DNA of 24,401 nucleotides from a virus. Its lineage: Duplodnaviria; Heunggongvirae; Uroviricota; Caudoviricetes. Within the stretch, counting starts at the first letter, position 1. Each line of letters begins with the position of its first letter. Under the pieces are notes generated by a model. The model was not told where the DNA came from and did not search any database. It worked only from the letters and a program-made list of their open reading frames with translations. The stretch lies in IMG/VR virus record IMGVR_UViG_2802429219_000006, positions 1-24,401 of that record; one strand, given 5' to 3'. The position numbers and the translations under genes were made by a program. Of the stretch, positions 23,682-24,401 are shown one piece after another.

Positions 23682-24048
23682 TCTTCAGGCGGGAGAGCAG
23701 ACAGGACATCAGTGATATAACGTCCTGCCTGTGCACAAAGGACAGCACTTTTACCGACAATACAGACACCAGCACTGCACACAATGCGTCAACAGGTGCA
23801 CCATCAAACTCTGTATGCTTTACCAGCCAGGATGCCAGAACCTCTGCGCCCAGCACGCCGATAATGAACGACACCAGAAAATGCGCTGCCACACGCCAGG
23901 CTGAAAGCGCCTGCGGAATTGTTGCCACAAATAACGCCCCGGCGAACGCACCAAACACAATCCCGAAATCCGTTCCGGTAAACAGCCCGTACACCGTCGC
24001 CCCGCCGAGCGCCGCAGCCGTACCGGAACCGGATAAGGGTTCAGACAT
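23656..24048 (-). CDS. Membrane protein (holin candidate)
   Basis: 130-codon ORF with an AGGAGA Shine-Dalgarno and several hydrophobic segments (e.g. FGIVFGAFAGALFVATIPQAL, FLVSFIIGVLGAEVLASWLV). First gene of the lysis cluster. Confidence 0.5.
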   Translation of the reverse strand: MSEPLSGSGTAAALGGATVYGLFTGTDFGIVFGAFAGALFVATIPQALSAWRVAAHFLVSFIIGVLGAEVLASWLVKHTEFDGAPVDALCAVLVSVLSVKVLSFVHRQDVISLMSCLLSRLKSGGGDNVK

Positions 24049-24065
24049 ACTTTTTTCTCCTATAA

Positions 24066-24095
24066 ATAAAAAAGGGCCACCAGCGGCCCGTAAAA
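24066..24095 (-). terminator. Short GC hairpin flanked by T-tracts on the minus strand, immediately upstream of the holin-candidate RBS
   Basis: Plus strand AAAAAAGGGCC-accagc-GGCCCGTAAAAAAA. On the minus strand the 5-bp GC stem is followed by TTTTTTATTTATA and then AGGAGA and the ATG. Confidence 0.4.
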
Positions 24096-24141
24096 AAACA
24101 ACACCCCGTCAAAGGCACCCGCAGATGCCTTTTGTGTGATG

Positions 24142-24294
24142 TTATTCAGATTTATGCAGTAAAGGCCGGAGCACAACCAGCGCCATCGCCACCAGCACAC
24201 CATCTGCCAGCACCGACATCAGCCGTCCGGTGAAATCCACCACCACTACCAGAAACAGCAGGATGGCAGCCAGTACAAGGCGCGCACTTTTCAC
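24142..24294 (-). CDS. Possible small hydrophobic peptide (50 aa, GTG start)
   Basis: My own translation: VKSARLVLAAILLFLVVVVDFTGRLMSVLADGVLVAMALVVLRPLLHKSE. Its GTG overlaps the stop of the partial upstream gene. Not in the ORF track. It may instead be untranslated leader. Confidence 0.25.
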   Translation of the reverse strand: MKSARLVLAAILLFLVVVVDFTGRLMSVLADGVLVAMALVVLRPLLHKSE

Positions 24295-24401
24295 AGGTAC
24301 TGCTCCAGCGGTAGCTGAAGCGCCTGAGCAATTTTCTTGAGCTGTGCTTCTTCATCCGGACCAATGCCATCCTGGTCAGCGATATCCAGACACAGGCACA
24401 G
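24291..24401 (-). CDS. 3' end of an unidentified gene entering from the right edge
   Basis: Minus-strand frame open from the window edge: ...LCLCLDIADQDGIGPDEEAQLKKIAQALQLPLEQYL then stop. The start is outside the window and I do not recognise the family. Confidence 0.35.
   Translation of the reverse strand: MCLCLDIADQDGIGPDEEAQLKKIAQALQLPLEQYL

Noticed and set aside
24152-24370. Minus-strand 72-aa ORF at the right edge
   Set aside because: It is in a different frame from the two more plausible reading frames there (the partial upstream gene and the hydrophobic 50-codon ORF); Arg/Cys/Gly-rich product.
1-24401. Integrase, attachment sites, tRNA or rRNA genes, CRISPR-Cas
   Set aside because: I looked for tyrosine-recombinase-like ORFs, tRNA-like cloverleaf candidates next to gene-free gaps, and regular repeat-spacer arrays, and found none. 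The window appears to hold only the late region, so the prophage ends are presumably outside it.

Overview
This window reads as the late (lysis, packaging, head, contractile tail) region of a temperate enterobacterial phage or prophage, with almost every gene on the minus strand, so transcription runs right to left. From right to left: a partial gene at the right edge, a small membrane ORF, a terminator, two membrane proteins (holin-like), a GH108-type endolysin, a bidirectional terminator, a small moron region (tiny TM peptide plus small lipoprotein on minus; KTSC-domain protein on plus; 59-aa ORF on minus), small and large terminase subunits, portal, head morphogenesis protein, a scaffold/protease gene with Ala/Glu/Lys repeats and an apparent frame break, major capsid, four head-tail joining genes, sheath, tube, a chaperone pair with a candidate -1 frameshift site, a tape measure protein with a C-terminal lytic transglycosylase domain, baseplate and spike genes, and the 5' part of a P2 gpH-type tail fibre gene running off the left edge. 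Two plus-strand genes sit inside the baseplate cluster (2760-3815): a visibly AT-rich gene for a 182-aa signal-peptide protein and a 5'-truncated, amber-interrupted AntA-like antirepressor remnant. I saw no tRNA, rRNA, CRISPR array, integrase or att site. I could not recognise a complete multi-gene defence or toxin system; the most plausible accessory cargo is the tail-module moron and the small membrane-peptide/lipoprotein pair next to the lysis genes. All family assignments are from reading the translations and gene order by eye, with no database search, and motif coordinates may be off by a base or two.
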